The notes under the pieces are model-generated. The model made no database searches. It had not been told where the DNA came from and saw only the letters and a program-made list of their open reading frames with translations. Of a DNA stretch of 64,000 bases, positions 36,949 to 50,295 are shown one piece after another; position 1 is the stretch's first letter; every line of letters begins with the position of its first letter. The position numbers were made by a program, and so were the translations under genes. Source of the stretch: Marsupella aquatica (Eukaryota; Plantae; Marchantiophyta); contig OZ316899.1 of assembly GCA_973895155.1 (NCBI GenBank), positions 8,311,241-8,375,240 on the forward strand. The letters run 5' to 3'.

Positions 36949-39900
36949 ATATTGTCCAGTTTGGCCCTTTGATTTTGGCTGCAATTCCTATCCGTAGGAA
37001 GTCACTTAGCCAAGTCCTTAGCCGAAGTAAACCCGCGCCGATACGAGACCAAACAATCTTACAAGAGAGCCATTCGTTTAGCCGGCCGAAATCACTATAA
37101 CCACGACTTTGCCCTCCCTTTTCAGAGTGAGCTTTGCCAAGTCGAAAAAATCAGCAAATACTTCTTTGTCGATGAGAAGTACGTCGGATTTTGGGAAGCA
37201 CTTCTTTGGCTTCCGGACAAGGTTTACCATCTCCCGGGCACAATAGACTTGCAGCCACATCATTACGACCATATCCCCACCCGGGTTCAAGCCTCCATCG
37301 ACTGTTAGTTTGGCCCTGCTCAAACAAGTGAGACTCCTATCCTAACATCACTCGACTTCCCCAGGAACTACCTGAATCCAATGACGCCTCCCCCAGCTGC
37401 AACTGGCGCCCACCAATCCGTGTCCGCACCAACACCGCCTCGGCCTCAGCCAAGCCGATCCCCACCACCGGTTGCACCACCTCTCCGAGTATGATCCATG
37501 GTGAATGCGGTGAATATTAGCTCCAAAGACGAGGAAGCTCACCCTCCTCTGAATCGACGGCCGCGGGGTACGACTCAATAGGCGCCAAGCAACCCGGCGC
37601 CACTCCAGCAAGCCCGAGGGGATAACACGGTGACTTTAGCGGCCACAGCACCAATACTCATGATAGTAGTGCTACCACCGCCTGACCAAGAGGAAGGAGA
37701 GATGTCCCCCTCTTCTAGTCACCCCGGGAATCAGTCTTGGGATAGACAGAGAAAGGAACCCACAGCTATATTGGGGTTGTCTTTGGCCACGGTTGCAGTG
37801 GCCAAGCTAACCATGCATCGCATGGGAGAGAATGTTCAAAAGAACATCCTCCACCCCAAGCATGCATGCTATCTGAAGACCCAAGGGTTTGAGCACCCAC
37901 TAGTAGAAACCGGGGAAATTTAGACCATACCTTATAGGACTATGCCCACTAAGTCCTTTTTCCATACTTAAATTGACTCGCACCCATTGCACCGGTTTTG
38001 TTGAAGACTAGAAAAGACTATGAGTGTTTTATGGTTTACTAAAAGACTATGAGAAGTAACCTTGCTACTTTGCAAAGGGTGAATAGTCTAGCACATCATG
38101 GGTTTTATTGTTGGCTTTTGATAATGGTCATGGGCGGGTACACAACTGATGTTTTGACCTCAGGCCGTAGACATCCCACTATAATGGTACTCAATTTGGA
38201 CAATGTTCACTTATGTTCAGGAGGGGTAATTCTATAAAGAGGGTGATAGCAAGGGGCATAACTCATTCAATGGCCTTATTTGTGACCAAAAAGGTTTGGG
38301 ATTTAATGATTTCAGTGGGGTTCATGTTTAATTTAGGGTTAGTGACACTACAATAATATGTCACTTAGAACACTTTAGTTCATGGAGGGTGGACTACGGA
38401 GGGATGGTCAAGATATTATTGGCCATTACTAAATCCATCTATAAAAGGCCGAGATACACAAAGGTAGATTTGTACCGGTCCTTTTTCATACATTAGAGCT
38501 AGGCCACATTCTTGCACCGGGAATATTGCATTTTAGGACCGGATTTAATGTTGGGCAACCATAATCCTGATTACGGCAGAATACAATGCCACTATGTGCC
38601 GACCATGTATGTGCAAATATGACCATTCATTGCCTTCTTAGGGTTTGCCAGGCCATTTTTGCCTTGTTGGAGTCCACTAGTGTTTACAGAACATATGCTT
38701 CTGTGCTCAACGGCTCACCCCAACGGTTAGGGCTTCGTAAATTCCTTCCCCTAATTTTGTTTAAGGGTGGGGGGTTTACGCTTAACTTTTGGGCCGGACT
38801 AAACTACATGGGCAAGGCGCGGGAGAATTCATCATGACTTGGTGGTCTAAACAAGGTGGTGGGGTCTTGGGTTGGGTGTTCGGGGTTTTGCCAAAGGGTT
38901 TTTCATTGACAATGAGCTTTCTCGATCAGTCCAAGCGCCATGCTGCCCTAAGTGTATACACTCTTGCCATCCCAAGCACCTCACGCGAGCTGTGAGCAGT
39001 TGCATCCTCCTGCTGTAAGTGCATTGATCTGCCAAGCGTTCAAATGCAAAGCTGCTAGCGTCTACTCCCTGTGCTGGTTGAATGTCTAGCGCTGTCTTGT
39101 GACGATTGAAGATTGCCCCTTACCTTTTACCGCCATCGCTGAATGCAGGATCGACCCAAATATAGCACCTATGCAGAGGCATTGGGTGAACATAGTGAAT
39201 GCCATTTGTGTCTTGTGCAAGGTTGTGGGCCTAACGTTTGTGAGTCGTGAGCTGTAGACTACATGCGACTACAAAGGAGGCATTGGGGAGGACGCGGTGA
39301 AGCAACAAGGAGTGGCGCGGGAGCTTAGAGTGGGCCAACGCTAGCTGAATCCAATCGAGGAGTTGTTGCGCTAAGGTGAGACTCTGAGTTTAGGGTTGCT
39401 TCAGTGTCCAAGTAGGTTTTCTCTTTGCGTCGGCAGCTAGAAGGTAAGCTCGGGGGCTTTACAAAGGGTTAGTGTTGCTGACTTTCCCTCCTGGACATTG
39501 CGTGTCTTCATTTGCAACTTGTTTGTGGACCTGTGATCCTGAGATTGTCAAAATTGTTGGCAACGCACCGACAACTTGACGACGCGTTTTGTGGATGCAC
39601 CGTTAGTAATCGCAAGTACAACTCTCCAACGATTGCACTTACCATTTTTGACCACCTTGCATGATGTCCATCCGTGGGCTGGACCCCAGGAAGTAGATTT
39701 TGTCTATGCCTCCGGTCCTCATTTTGTGCAATGTCCGCCTGGCACTTGGTTCTTGATCCCTACATTGTTGTCTGCCGCTCGGCTGCTTGCAGAAGGGATC
39801 AAACAGATTGGAGGTCACTGTGGACTGACAGGTTAGAGTTGAAGCCGCCTATGCTTGGCCTTCTCTATTTTCTCTGCTTGCCTCTGCCTCTATTGTTGCT

Positions 39901-42900
39901 TATCATTTCCAAAGCCATTGATCTTGTAAAACCTGTCTGTCGAGCTACCATTGAGCTGGTGAAGCTGCATGCGGTTTGCATCTATTCTACAGGCATGCTA
40001 CGGGTGTTTTATGGATTGTGGACTTTATGTGGTGCGAGAATTGGTAACAACATGAACCGACCTTTTTTTACAGTCTTGGAATGTGCGTGAGCTGTGAAGG
40101 TTGCGCTTCAGAGCTGATATTCCTGTCGCCGCCTACTCCCATTGTTGTGTGTTTGTAACGTTGTGCATCATAACGTTGGAACTTGGAGCTGACTTGTGCA
40201 CTGTCAACCGTCGAGCGTTGCTGCGCGTTGTCAACCAAGAGGAGATGCCGCATCCCACATTGAGTTGAACATTCAGCTAGGGACCTGAGCTGCGCACTTT
40301 CAACCATCGCGCAACGACCAAGCTTGGCAGTGCTCTGGGATTTATCGGCCACATTGACAAAGCGGAAGACAAAGGTGAGTGTTCGTGCACCGTTATAGTA
40401 ACCGCAAGTACTCTATTACATGCCTTGTTGTTCTCTATTACATGCCTTGTTCTCCCGTCCATTGTTTCCTATGATTTTCTTTCTTCCAGAAGATAATGGT
40501 GATTTCTTCTTCAATCAAACAAAACCCCACCCAACCACCACCCAAGAACGTGGGGTGTGCGCTACTTAATCCTCCTCAAACTGGCCCATTGTTCATTGAA
40601 ACCCCATATATTACCCCCCAGCACCAAGGGACCAGTCCCAACCTGTCTTCCGCTTGCCACCCTCTTCACTCTCTCGCGCATCTATCCTGCTTCTATTTCA
40701 TGCGTAGCCGAGCTCACCAAAAGCTCTCTCCCTACAATCCCTCCCAAATCAACTTTCTCATTTCCTGCTGTTGCTGATGTATGTTTGTTCTCCCCTATTT
40801 TTGTTTACTGATTGGTCTCTCCACACTTCTTGCTTGACATTACTGTTTTGCTCCTCCCTGGATCCGAACATGCCTTGTGCCCCGTGCTCCGACTTGCATC
40901 CTTTTCTTTACTAAGGGGGGGACCACAGCCTCCAGCCATACCTTGTGGCGGGCCTGGTCAAGACGGTGGTTGGTAGCTCATTTTTGCTTTTTTCTCTTTT
41001 GTTTCCCAAGCTTCTGGGCAAGGGCATTACCATTCTGGATTCTCCGCGAGGTGCCACTAGCTTTTTTTCTCGGTTTCCCGTGTGCCTGCCTTCTTAGTTT
41101 TGTTTTTCCCTCAAGTGACCGGGCCATTGCTGTATGCAGAGTTTTCTTGTTGTATTCATGTACAGTATTTTATTGTTCTATCTAGGCTGTGCCAAGCCAA
41201 CAAACTGTTGACAACCAACATGGAATAACAACCATGCAGTGCAATGTCAGAGGACACTATCAAATACAGATGTGACACGGTTATGTTTTCAATTCCCCCT
41301 GCTTGGATGAGGCATGGTGTTGCTTGTAATCATGTATTTCTTCACACTAGAAAAGCAGTCTGTCAGATGAGGTTGTCGGGATTGTCTGTGGGTCAGTCAT
41401 CTTACGGACACCTAGCAACGTCAAATGAATGGCGGAAACGGGCCATGTTGTCATTTTGAAATTTGTCTTTCCTTTTGCTATGCTACCCAATCATTTTGTT
41501 AGTCCATGAGTCATAGATTCATAGATTCTATGTTTTGTGCTTTGTCTAGAATGCTATGGCGCCCATGCTACAATTTGTGGTTTTTGTCTAAGCACAAATC
41601 CTCTCTGTGCCTGGTCTATGTGTCCCGTCCTTTGGATTGATTGTGCAGACGTTTCCTCTTCCCCCAGTCCTTGTCATCCACCAGCCAAAGCACATTGGAT
41701 TGTTTTCAAAGGAGGGTTGTGTAGTTCAAAGGGTTTGATCTATGCAGCGGATTTGAGCAGATTGGCGGTTGTTAGTTTTCTTCTTGTAAACCTGTCTGTC
41801 TTTTCTGCTTTTGGCCATGCTCCTTCACTTCTTGCTGCAAGCTCAATGTGCTTCAGCTATGGCAATATTCACTTACCCTATCCCAACGGCACTGCCGTGA
41901 GCTGCAGGACAGCCAACAGAAGCACTATACAGATTGCATGTAAGTCAAGGTATTTTATGGATTGCGGAACAACTGTCCAAGTATGCTGCAATGGTCGGTC
42001 TTGCGCAGCTAAATGAGCTAATTTCATTTTCCCTGTGCACTTCTATTTCTCAGAGAATTCGCTGGTCATGCTCATTTCCCCCAGAGTTAGAAAACAAAGA
42101 AGAAGAGCTGACTAATTGTAATTCCAATCCATATCCTGATCGGTCAAGGATTGTTCACTACATTGGCCTTGTCATTGGCCGAGGTCACCAAATTTTGCTT
42201 GGTTTCATTCTTGTGGAGCACTGCTATGATGGATGAATAGTTGTCGTAGCATTCTGCAAACTCTCACCGTTTGCTTATGGCCATTATTTACAATTTGCTG
42301 CTACTAAGATGTCTTCTTCGGAGCAGCATACACCGGAAGTAAGCAATAGTGGAGGTTTAACTGCACATCAACACATCCAATGAACTACCTCTCTACTGCT
42401 CACTACAGGGTGAGACTTTCACTCTTTCTGGATATTGTAGTTTGTAAGCAAGTTGATTAGGAGTGTTTCATGCTATGTTTATACTATGACCCCTAGCTGG
42501 AACCAATGGAATGACACAGTGAGTGGGAACTGATAATTTAAGGTTGGTTGCTGTTGGTGAGGCAAGTACAGCTCCTGCTCACCTTGCTGATCGAAGGTGC
42601 TTATCAGAGGACGTGAACACACGTCATCTCCACAAAAGCAGCACTTATGGTGAGGACCCGCAACGCTGAACATGTGCGGCTTGCACGCAAGGTAGAGATG
42701 TTGCACCTTGAGTATGTCAGATTTGGGATCCTTCCAGCCCAGTCTGCATGGTACTTTGAGTACCCTGTTGTTGCCAGGAACAACTACAGCCGGCCTGTAC
42801 CTGCTTCTCCACCCTTCCCAACATCCTTGGTATTTCTGTCTCTCATACATGACCCGCCACAAATTAGGGCCCAAGGGTGTGTGCACAGTTGCCAATATGA

Positions 42901-43759
42901 CTGTCCTGCCTGTAGGGCTTCTGGCCTAGAGTTGGATGACCGTTCTCTTGGATGTCGGTTTTTTCACAGAGCACAATGTATCATCTGGAACCACTCGCCA
43001 TCCTGCAGTGTGCTTGGCGATGTCACTTGTCCTGCCCTCCCAGACCCCACCACCGGTCACTTTGGTGTCTACACATGTTTGGATCACACGCTCTAGAGGA
43101 CCACTTGTCACACCGCATGCACAGACCAAAGACCATTGACCTGTAACTTAACACTTTGACTTGAACAGAGAGGATATTTACTTAAGATTTTGAATTATGA
43201 GCAATTTTGGGTCTAGGGTTTAGGGTCAACAGTACATAACTTATCCTATTATGGCTGCACTAAGTACAATATCCTAATTTAAGAGGCTAGCAAGCTCACT
43301 TAAAAGTCTCCTTTCAAAGACTGGAATTAATGGGCCATGTGATAACCTGGAAAAAGTGATTTATGCCTAACTTATTTGTCTCATTCACTATCATAGCCTA
43401 TTTAGGATGTATAAATTACAACCCTGATCACACTGCTTGATACCAATCTTGTTCGAAAAATGCCTATTTTACATGTCACGACTATTGTATGTGATTCAAA
43501 TGCAATCTTGTTGCAAATCTCCTTTGGTGAATCATAGCCACAAAATTGAGGTGTAGGTGGAGCTATTGTACTAGGGGATCAGTTTTTAGTGTGGGCTCAA
43601 CAAACCAAAAAGTATGTCTACTCTGCACATGTGTGTGAACATTTCATTGCAGTAGCAATTGCCACTCTAGTCTATATGCTACACTATACTTTTTGTACAC
43701 TGCTAAATTGTATTGTCTGTGCACCCTGCTAAATTGTACTATCTGTCTCATGCGTAGGC

Positions 43760-44400
43760 ATGGCACGCCCTAAAATCCGAGCCAAGAAGCGGGGGACAGA
43801 GGTGAGCAACACAGGTGTAGTTGGGCCAGATGGTAGTAACTTCTCCGCAAGTCAGATTTTCCAGAAGGCAGCTCATTGTTGTGCCATTTGTGACGATGGT
43901 GGGGGCTTACCCATATGTGAGGGCCCTTGCATGAGGCATTTCCACCTCAACCCGGAGTCTGACATTGCTGCAGAAAACAACTGTCCAGGGGTGGGCCTCC
44001 CGTCAGCACACCAAGGAGGCTGGATGTGCACCGATTGTTTGGAGAAGCAGGCTAAGTGTGCACAGTGTGGGAAGTTGGGGTCTTTTGAGGGCTCTGTTGA
44101 TGCTCCACCACTTGTTAGGAAATGCCCTGACAGATATTGTGTGAGGTTCTTTTGTTTTTCATGTTTGCCCAATCTTGCCACAGCTTGCCCACTTCATAAG
44201 TGCAAGGCATGTGGTCAGCACGATGAAGATTTTGGGTGGACATAGTCCACTGTGTTAGGTGCCCCACCATGTGGCACTTTCATTGTTTGAAGGAGCGTCA
44301 AGCAGAAGGCTATGCTTGTGACAGACACATCTATCATCACTCTGCACATGGTGTTGATTGATGGATCTTCTATTGTCATCGCCATGCCATAGATCCTACT
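43760..44400 (+). pseudogene. EDM2/NSD-type composite PHD zinc-finger cassette
   Basis: CAICDDGG..CEGPCMRHFH..C..CTDCLEKQAKCAQCGKLGS..C..C..FF..C..CPLHKCKAC, then after a frameshift VHCVRCPTMWHFHCL. This follows the Cys/His pattern of plant EDM2 PHDs as I recall it. Confidence 0.75.
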
Positions 44401-45049
44401 TTGCACACTCCCATGAGAGATCACATTTCTTGGCTTTGAACCTGAATAATGTACATGCATAGTGCACCTGATGTGGATACCTTGGAGATTGCAGACATTC
44501 CAATTTTGAGAAGAAGGACCTCTGTAGGAGAGGATGCTTAGGCAACAAGTACCCTAAGTTCATTACTTGTTCCAGGGCACATGCCTTCAAAAACTCCCCT
44601 TAAGCCTTCTAGGAACTTTTTTAACTCTGCAATCATTTTGATCACGACTTACATGACACTGCTTAAATTAAATCAGGACTTTTCATTATGAGCATATAAG
44701 TTACAAGGCTATTTAATTTGCGAGAATGCGTAGAAGTGTACCAACATTTTGTATTCTCATTGAATGTCTGCCCATTTACAACATCTGTATGTGGCATCAC
44801 AAAACAATTGCACTTGTCACCTTCAATATTGTGAAGGCACATATTCAAACTATGAGGTGCATCCTTGCAGGTGTGTAGAACGTTTGTCCCAATATTTCTC
44901 CCGTTTGGAATTGGAGCAGAGACTTACCAAACGACTGGATTGGACCAAGTTATAAACGCAGCATTTTAGGGGCCCTCCAATTATCAAGTGAACGCATTAT
45001 CTTCCGGTCTGCAATGATTAGGTGGGGTGTGTGTATCAGCCTATTCATT

Positions 45050-45400
45050 AAAAGTGTATTATTATTTGATTTATGTACATTTGGGCAGTGAAAAGTGTAC
45101 TTTTGGGCTTGGAAAAGTGTACATTTGGCCAATGAAAAGTGTACATTTGGGGATAGAAAAGTTTACAATTGGCCTAAAGAGTGTACATTTGGGCAATGAA
45201 AAGTGTAAATTTGAACATCAAAATAGATACATTTGGCTTTAAAAGTGTACATTTGAGTACATTTGGCCTAGAAAGTGTACATTTGAGTGCAAAATGCATA
45301 CATTTGGCTTAACAAGTGTACATTTAAGTGCATTTGGTCTAGAAAGTGTAACTTTTAGTGCAATAAAGTGTACATTTGGCCTAAAAAGTGTACATTTGCC
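45050..45400. repeat. Left subterminal array of near-palindromic AAAGTGTACATTT
   Basis: More than 10 copies spaced ~22-33 nt apart. Confidence 0.85.
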
Positions 45401-45649
45401 TACCAACTCTTATTATAATCATTTAAAAGAAAGGAATGAATAGAAAAACATTTTTAATTATGTAGAAAAAGCAAACATTCATATTTATAATGATCAAAAG
45501 TTTAGAAAATGAGGAGATAGTATCACATTAAAACTATTAGAATAGTAAATAACTAGTACATAAATTACTATGTTTGAATGAGTGACTATCTTAGTTACAT
45601 AAAAACTAGTAACTATCTATTTAATTATTATAGCTTCTAACAACTAAGT

Positions 45650-48600
45650 CTACTTGTCCATACTTTGAAGATAATTTTGGACAGTTTGTAGAACATTTCG
45701 AGGGATCTTCAAACCTCTGCCCGCCATGTTTTCTTCTTTCATTCCAGATTTAAAACCATACATTGCAAAATTTGCATACTGCCAATGTTGAGTATTCTCA
45801 CCAAACCATGGATCTCGTTCCCATGTCTTAGTGGACATGAAACAATTTAGATACCGCGCACTCTCAGTCACATCAAGTTTACTAGAGTGTTTAGGCCTCC
45901 ACCATTCAACTGGGAACATTGGAGCGTACTGTCGAGGCAGAGAAGGGTTTGTTGAAGATGTAGTTGGGACTTCATGCTTTGGGTCCACCAAACCCAAAGC
46001 TCTCACCAACCAGAAATGACCTCCACCATTTTTATTCTCCCAGTCATCCTCGGGTCGAAGAAATACAAAGTTTCCTTCACAAATATCTTGTAAAGGAATC
46101 CATCGTCCTTGTTCTCTCTCAGCTCGAGATCCAACAAATGGTGCTGCTTGATCTTCCATCTCTTCCAAGACCTCATTTTGAAGAGCCGTCATCTCTGCAT
46201 TCTCCTCATCTTCACTTGGAGGACCACTTTGTTCCGGTTGGTTGACCTTGTAACCAGTGCCGTGGTTAGTCTTAGGCCAAAATCTGTTTTCCAAGGGAAA
46301 TTGAGTACTTCCCTCCCCTTCTAGTGCGAGCCCATTTGTCAACAACTCCACAATTCTCTCCCAATATTTCACAAGAGGAAATCTTTCCTTATATGCTATA
46401 GATGTCTCATCAGTGCAACTCCTTCTCAAAAAATCAAGGTACTTGTTAAGAAATGGGATAATCTCTTCAGATTTTTTGTGTATCTCTCCAATGGATTTAG
46501 CTAAGGGCTCTCCACTTGGTAAAAGAAGAGAATTTGTTGTCAGATCTGTTGCCCAAATGCACCTTCCACCAACTGGAGCCCAAGCTTGCTTTACATGGGA
46601 CTTATACTGAAATATTGGTACATTATCTCTCATAGAGAAAAGAAATGATACAGGTTTTGAGTGACCTTGAATATCTTTCACCTTGAAAGTTTGAAGATAT
46701 TCTTTGTAAGATGCAACTTCTTGTATCAATCTGGGAACTGGATGAATGCTCTCGCATTCCCATACCTCTGCCATAAGAGCAAGGAGGGTTGCAACTTCTT
46801 TGTGCTGAACTTGATATGATACCTTTGAAAAGAGTGCATCAACATCTTCATGCGTATGACCAACCATTAGAAAAGACATTTGAACAGTTTCAAATACTCC
46901 TCTACTCACAAGCTCGCTACAAAATGCCATGACAGTCTGGTTTTTGTTGTCCTTTGCTGAATTATCCATCTGCAATGTTAGGTGCCTTGGCAAGGGCTTG
47001 AACGATGGACTGCCTTGCTCTCCTTGCATGTCTTCTCCATCATCCTCATCTTGCTGGTTTGGGACGGTCTCAGTCCGACTCTCAGCTCCATCTTCAGAAC
47101 CAATATACCTATTCACCAGTATATTCTTTGGTTCCAAATAACCCGTCAAAAATGCTTCAAAGTCAAGTAGGGCTTGAAAGAAAGGTCTGTGAGGTTCCCA
47201 ATGAAGGCCATCCAACATGTCACCTGTCTTGTCTCCATTGTACTCTTCAAGGTCTCGAAGACACTTAGCCAAGGATATCACCGTGAAATCGGCATCTCCT
47301 GGCCAAAGGCCAGTGACACTAAAGTGTGCATAAACTCCTGGATCCCTCCCGTGGGTCAACATCCCTGTGAGAGCAATAGGTAGCGGCATTCCATGACCCG
47401 AAAGACATTTAGGAGTACTAACCATGTTTGGAATCCATGTCTTTGCTTGATCCATCTTGTCGTGAATAATGCAAAGATATTCTCCTGGGTGTTGTTTGGC
47501 CATCACTCGATGAGCGTAGTAAACATATCTACGTGACATTTGCTCACGAAGATGTTGCGCTCGTTTTTCTTCAATTTCAACACGTTCTTTTTTCCTTCTT
47601 TCTCGCATCAAACTGTCTTTGTATTCACAACAAAGAGTACACTTGGCAAATGCACCATCTTTATGAAAACTGAAGTTTGCAAATGAGTTACTCCAGATCT
47701 TGTAGAGAGTATTCTCTGTGACAGGAGGAAGCCCTTCTTCCTTCATCTTTGTTCTCACATCTTCCAGAATCTCTAGCTTTTTGTAACACGCCGGAAAACG
47801 GTACTCAATAGAGTCTGTCCCATGTGCCCCTCCATAAGGCATATGAGGCATGGGCTCTGCATTTTGAGTCAAAAAAGCCTCCAACAGAGCTCGTGCATGC
47901 AAGGTATTTGCCCTTGTTTTCATCAAGCCCGTATTGCCATGGAACCCAATTTTGCAACCCTCCACATATCTCCTTTTGTAATCATAATATTTGGTGTGGC
48001 TAAAACCGTGGATAATTGCAAATGCATGTCTGCATACGACCATACCCTTAAGAACATGGTGTCCCTTATCACGAACATCATCCTCTCTATAGTGAAAGAG
48101 GTTGAAAATGTGTGACGTTTTTGACTCGCTTGACATCCCATGAAATTCCATCCTAATATCTTCGATGTTTTCCCTTGGCATAATGAGACAACATTTTTGC
48201 TTGCAACAATTTTCTCTTTTCACGTCATCAATTGACGCCTCTGTTGTTTTTGAAATTTCCTTGGTTTCCAACAACCTCCTCTTCTTTTCATTTGGATCTA
48301 CTTGATTCCTCTTGTTAAAATTGTAGGGCCTTGAACGCAGTACTCCTCTATCACTTACATCCGCATTGAGTTCATCCCTATCCATTGAGTCCATCCTTTC
48401 AGAACCTTCCACCAAAATGTCTGACAAAAATTTTCCATTTGCAACTAGTTTTGTTGAATCAATCCGCCATCGAATCAAACTCACTACTCCCTTGTGGATG
48501 TTGGGAAAGTATTGTGCTGCCACGACATCTTTCACAGCAATCCCAACATGGTCATCACCAAGAATTTCATCATCAACTGCCGCCGTCACTTGAGGGACAG

Positions 48601-49432
48601 TGATCGTTCCCGTGGCAACCATTTTGGTTCGATCCAAACCAGTGTAGAGTTCAACCAACTCTGACATCCAGTTTGCCCGATGAAAATAGTCACACTTAGT
48701 GTCTGTGGTGTTTGCCGAACAAGACTGTGAAACAAAATCCGCCTTGTCCTTCTGCTTCTTAGAGGAAGATTTGTTGCTCCCATCGATGTCAACATTCCAT
48801 ACTTTATTGTGGACGTCAGCCACATCCCATAGAACCCAGGAGCCATTTGCCTCTTCAATTGTTGCAGCTCCACCATGTGCGTAAGGTAAAGTCTTACTAC
48901 CATGAATCACATCTGTGATTTTTACACTAACCCGAGACTCACCGAGTAATATGTTATGACATCTCTCCATTGGATCAGTCTTGAAAACAACTCCAAAGGC
49001 CACACAATGGCCAGAGATAAACATTTCAACCTCATCACCTGGCCTTAGGGTGGTCGAAGCATCCTCCTGTACATTTGCAGAATTATGGATGTTGTTATCT
49101 TTTCGAGTCGAACAACTACCAATACTGATGCGTTTTTGAGTAATCTTATCCGCAGATCGATATGCACATGACATATCCCAAATGACACATGAGTCAATGG
49201 CATCATGAAGATTTTCCGCCCTAGGCATTGGAAAAGGGAGCTTCCTGGTCTCACCAAAGGCCTTCTCAATGAGAACCCCAATTCGATTCTCTCCCAGCAC
49301 AATATTTTGAACACTCTCTTGCGGATCTGTCTTTTGAACTGTCCCATTTCCAACGTCGTAACCATCCATTGTCAAGGTCACATCATCGCCCCTAGAAAAC
49401 CTTTGAGACATCCTTTTCCTATTATCCTGCAC
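45650..49432 (-). CDS. 1260-aa uninterrupted DDE transposase (Sola-related GHTHEDxD family) with three N-terminal TNP1/En-Spm-like repeats
   Basis: CCKQKC, VCRHAF, FAKCTLC, HDKMDQ, LQMDNSAKDNKNQ, FLMVGHTHEDVDALFS. The N-terminal repeats read V(A/G)xGxV..TDP...LG...V.I.....W. Superfamily naming is tentative. Confidence 0.8.
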   Translation of the reverse strand: MQDNRKRMSQRFSRGDDVTLTMDGYDVGNGTVQKTDPQESVQNIVLGENRIGVLIEKAFGETRKLPFPMPRAENLHDAIDSCVIWDMSCAYRSADKITQKRISIGSCSTRKDNNIHNSANVQEDASTTLRPGDEVEMFISGHCVAFGVVFKTDPMERCHNILLGESRVSVKITDVIHGSKTLPYAHGGAATIEEANGSWVLWDVADVHNKVWNVDIDGSNKSSSKKQKDKADFVSQSCSANTTDTKCDYFHRANWMSELVELYTGLDRTKMVATGTITVPQVTAAVDDEILGDDHVGIAVKDVVAAQYFPNIHKGVVSLIRWRIDSTKLVANGKFLSDILVEGSERMDSMDRDELNADVSDRGVLRSRPYNFNKRNQVDPNEKKRRLLETKEISKTTEASIDDVKRENCCKQKCCLIMPRENIEDIRMEFHGMSSESKTSHIFNLFHYREDDVRDKGHHVLKGMVVCRHAFAIIHGFSHTKYYDYKRRYVEGCKIGFHGNTGLMKTRANTLHARALLEAFLTQNAEPMPHMPYGGAHGTDSIEYRFPACYKKLEILEDVRTKMKEEGLPPVTENTLYKIWSNSFANFSFHKDGAFAKCTLCCEYKDSLMRERRKKERVEIEEKRAQHLREQMSRRYVYYAHRVMAKQHPGEYLCIIHDKMDQAKTWIPNMVSTPKCLSGHGMPLPIALTGMLTHGRDPGVYAHFSVTGLWPGDADFTVISLAKCLRDLEEYNGDKTGDMLDGLHWEPHRPFFQALLDFEAFLTGYLEPKNILVNRYIGSEDGAESRTETVPNQQDEDDGEDMQGEQGSPSFKPLPRHLTLQMDNSAKDNKNQTVMAFCSELVSRGVFETVQMSFLMVGHTHEDVDALFSKVSYQVQHKEVATLLALMAEVWECESIHPVPRLIQEVASYKEYLQTFKVKDIQGHSKPVSFLFSMRDNVPIFQYKSHVKQAWAPVGGRCIWATDLTTNSLLLPSGEPLAKSIGEIHKKSEEIIPFLNKYLDFLRRSCTDETSIAYKERFPLVKYWERIVELLTNGLALEGEGSTQFPLENRFWPKTNHGTGYKVNQPEQSGPPSEDEENAEMTALQNEVLEEMEDQAAPFVGSRAEREQGRWIPLQDICEGNFVFLRPEDDWENKNGGGHFWLVRALGLVDPKHEVPTTSSTNPSLPRQYAPMFPVEWWRPKHSSKLDVTESARYLNCFMSTKTWERDPWFGENTQHWQYANFAMYGFKSGMKEENMAGRGLKIPRNVLQTVQNYLQSMDK

Positions 49433-49479
49433 ACTGAAAAAAATGGATTAAAACCAAAGTCATGCAAATTTTGATTCAG

Positions 49480-50295
49480 ACTGCGATCCTCAAAGTCTGG
49501 ATTTGGACTACGATCCTTCAATTCCGGATTTGGACCGGGACCATCCAAGTCCGGATTTGGACTACGATCCTCTGATTCTGGATTTGGACTAGGACCATCC
49601 GAGTCCGGATTTTGACCGGGACCATCCAAGTTCGGATTTGGACTGCAATCCTCCGAGTCTAGATTTGGACTACGATCCTCCGATTATGGATTTGGACTGG
49701 GACCATCCAAGTCCGGATTTGGACTGGAATCCTCCGAGTCTGGATTTGGAGTACGATCCTCCGATTCTGGATTTGGACTGGGACCATCCGAGTCTAGATT
49801 TGGACTGGGACCATCCCAGTCCAAAGTTGGACTAGGACCATCCCAATCCAAACTAGGACTTGGACCATCCAAGTCCAAACTTGGACTCGGACCATCCCAA
49901 TCCAAAGTTGGACTCGCACCATCCTAATCCAAACTTGGACTCGGACCATCCCAATCCAAACTATGACTTGGACCATCCAAGTCCAAACTTGGACTCGGAC
50001 CATCCCAATCCAAAGTTGGACTTGAACCATCCTAATCCAAACTTGGACTCGGACCATCCCAATCCAAACTAGGACTTGGACCATCCAAGTCCAAACTTGG
50101 ACTCGGACCATCCCAATCCAAACTAGGACTTGGACCATCCAAGTTTAAACTTGGACTCGGACCATCCCAATCCAAAGTTGGACTCGGATGATCCCAATGA
50201 AAAGTTGGACTCGGATGATCCCAATCCAAAGTTGGACTCGGATGATCCTAGTCCACATCCGAATCCAAACTTGGACTAGGACTATCCTAGACCAA
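49480..50295. repeat. 27-bp tandem array (~30 units) of the palindrome TTGGACTGGGA-CCA-TCCCAGTCCAA and variants
   Basis: A perfect 11-3-11 palindrome is at 49800-49824. The spurious ORFs here have 9-aa periodicity (LDSDHPNPN). Confidence 0.92.

Noticed and set aside
36950-37700. Possible LINE ORF1 fragment on the minus strand
   Set aside because: No diagnostic motif (endonuclease, RT, zinc knuckle) could be read with confidence.
38000-42400. Numerous short ORFs
   Set aside because: No recognisable domains or consistent exon structure; treated as non-coding or decayed interior of the CACTA element.
43205-43230. Telomere-like tagggtttaggg
   Set aside because: Fewer than two full units; too short to call an interstitial telomeric repeat.
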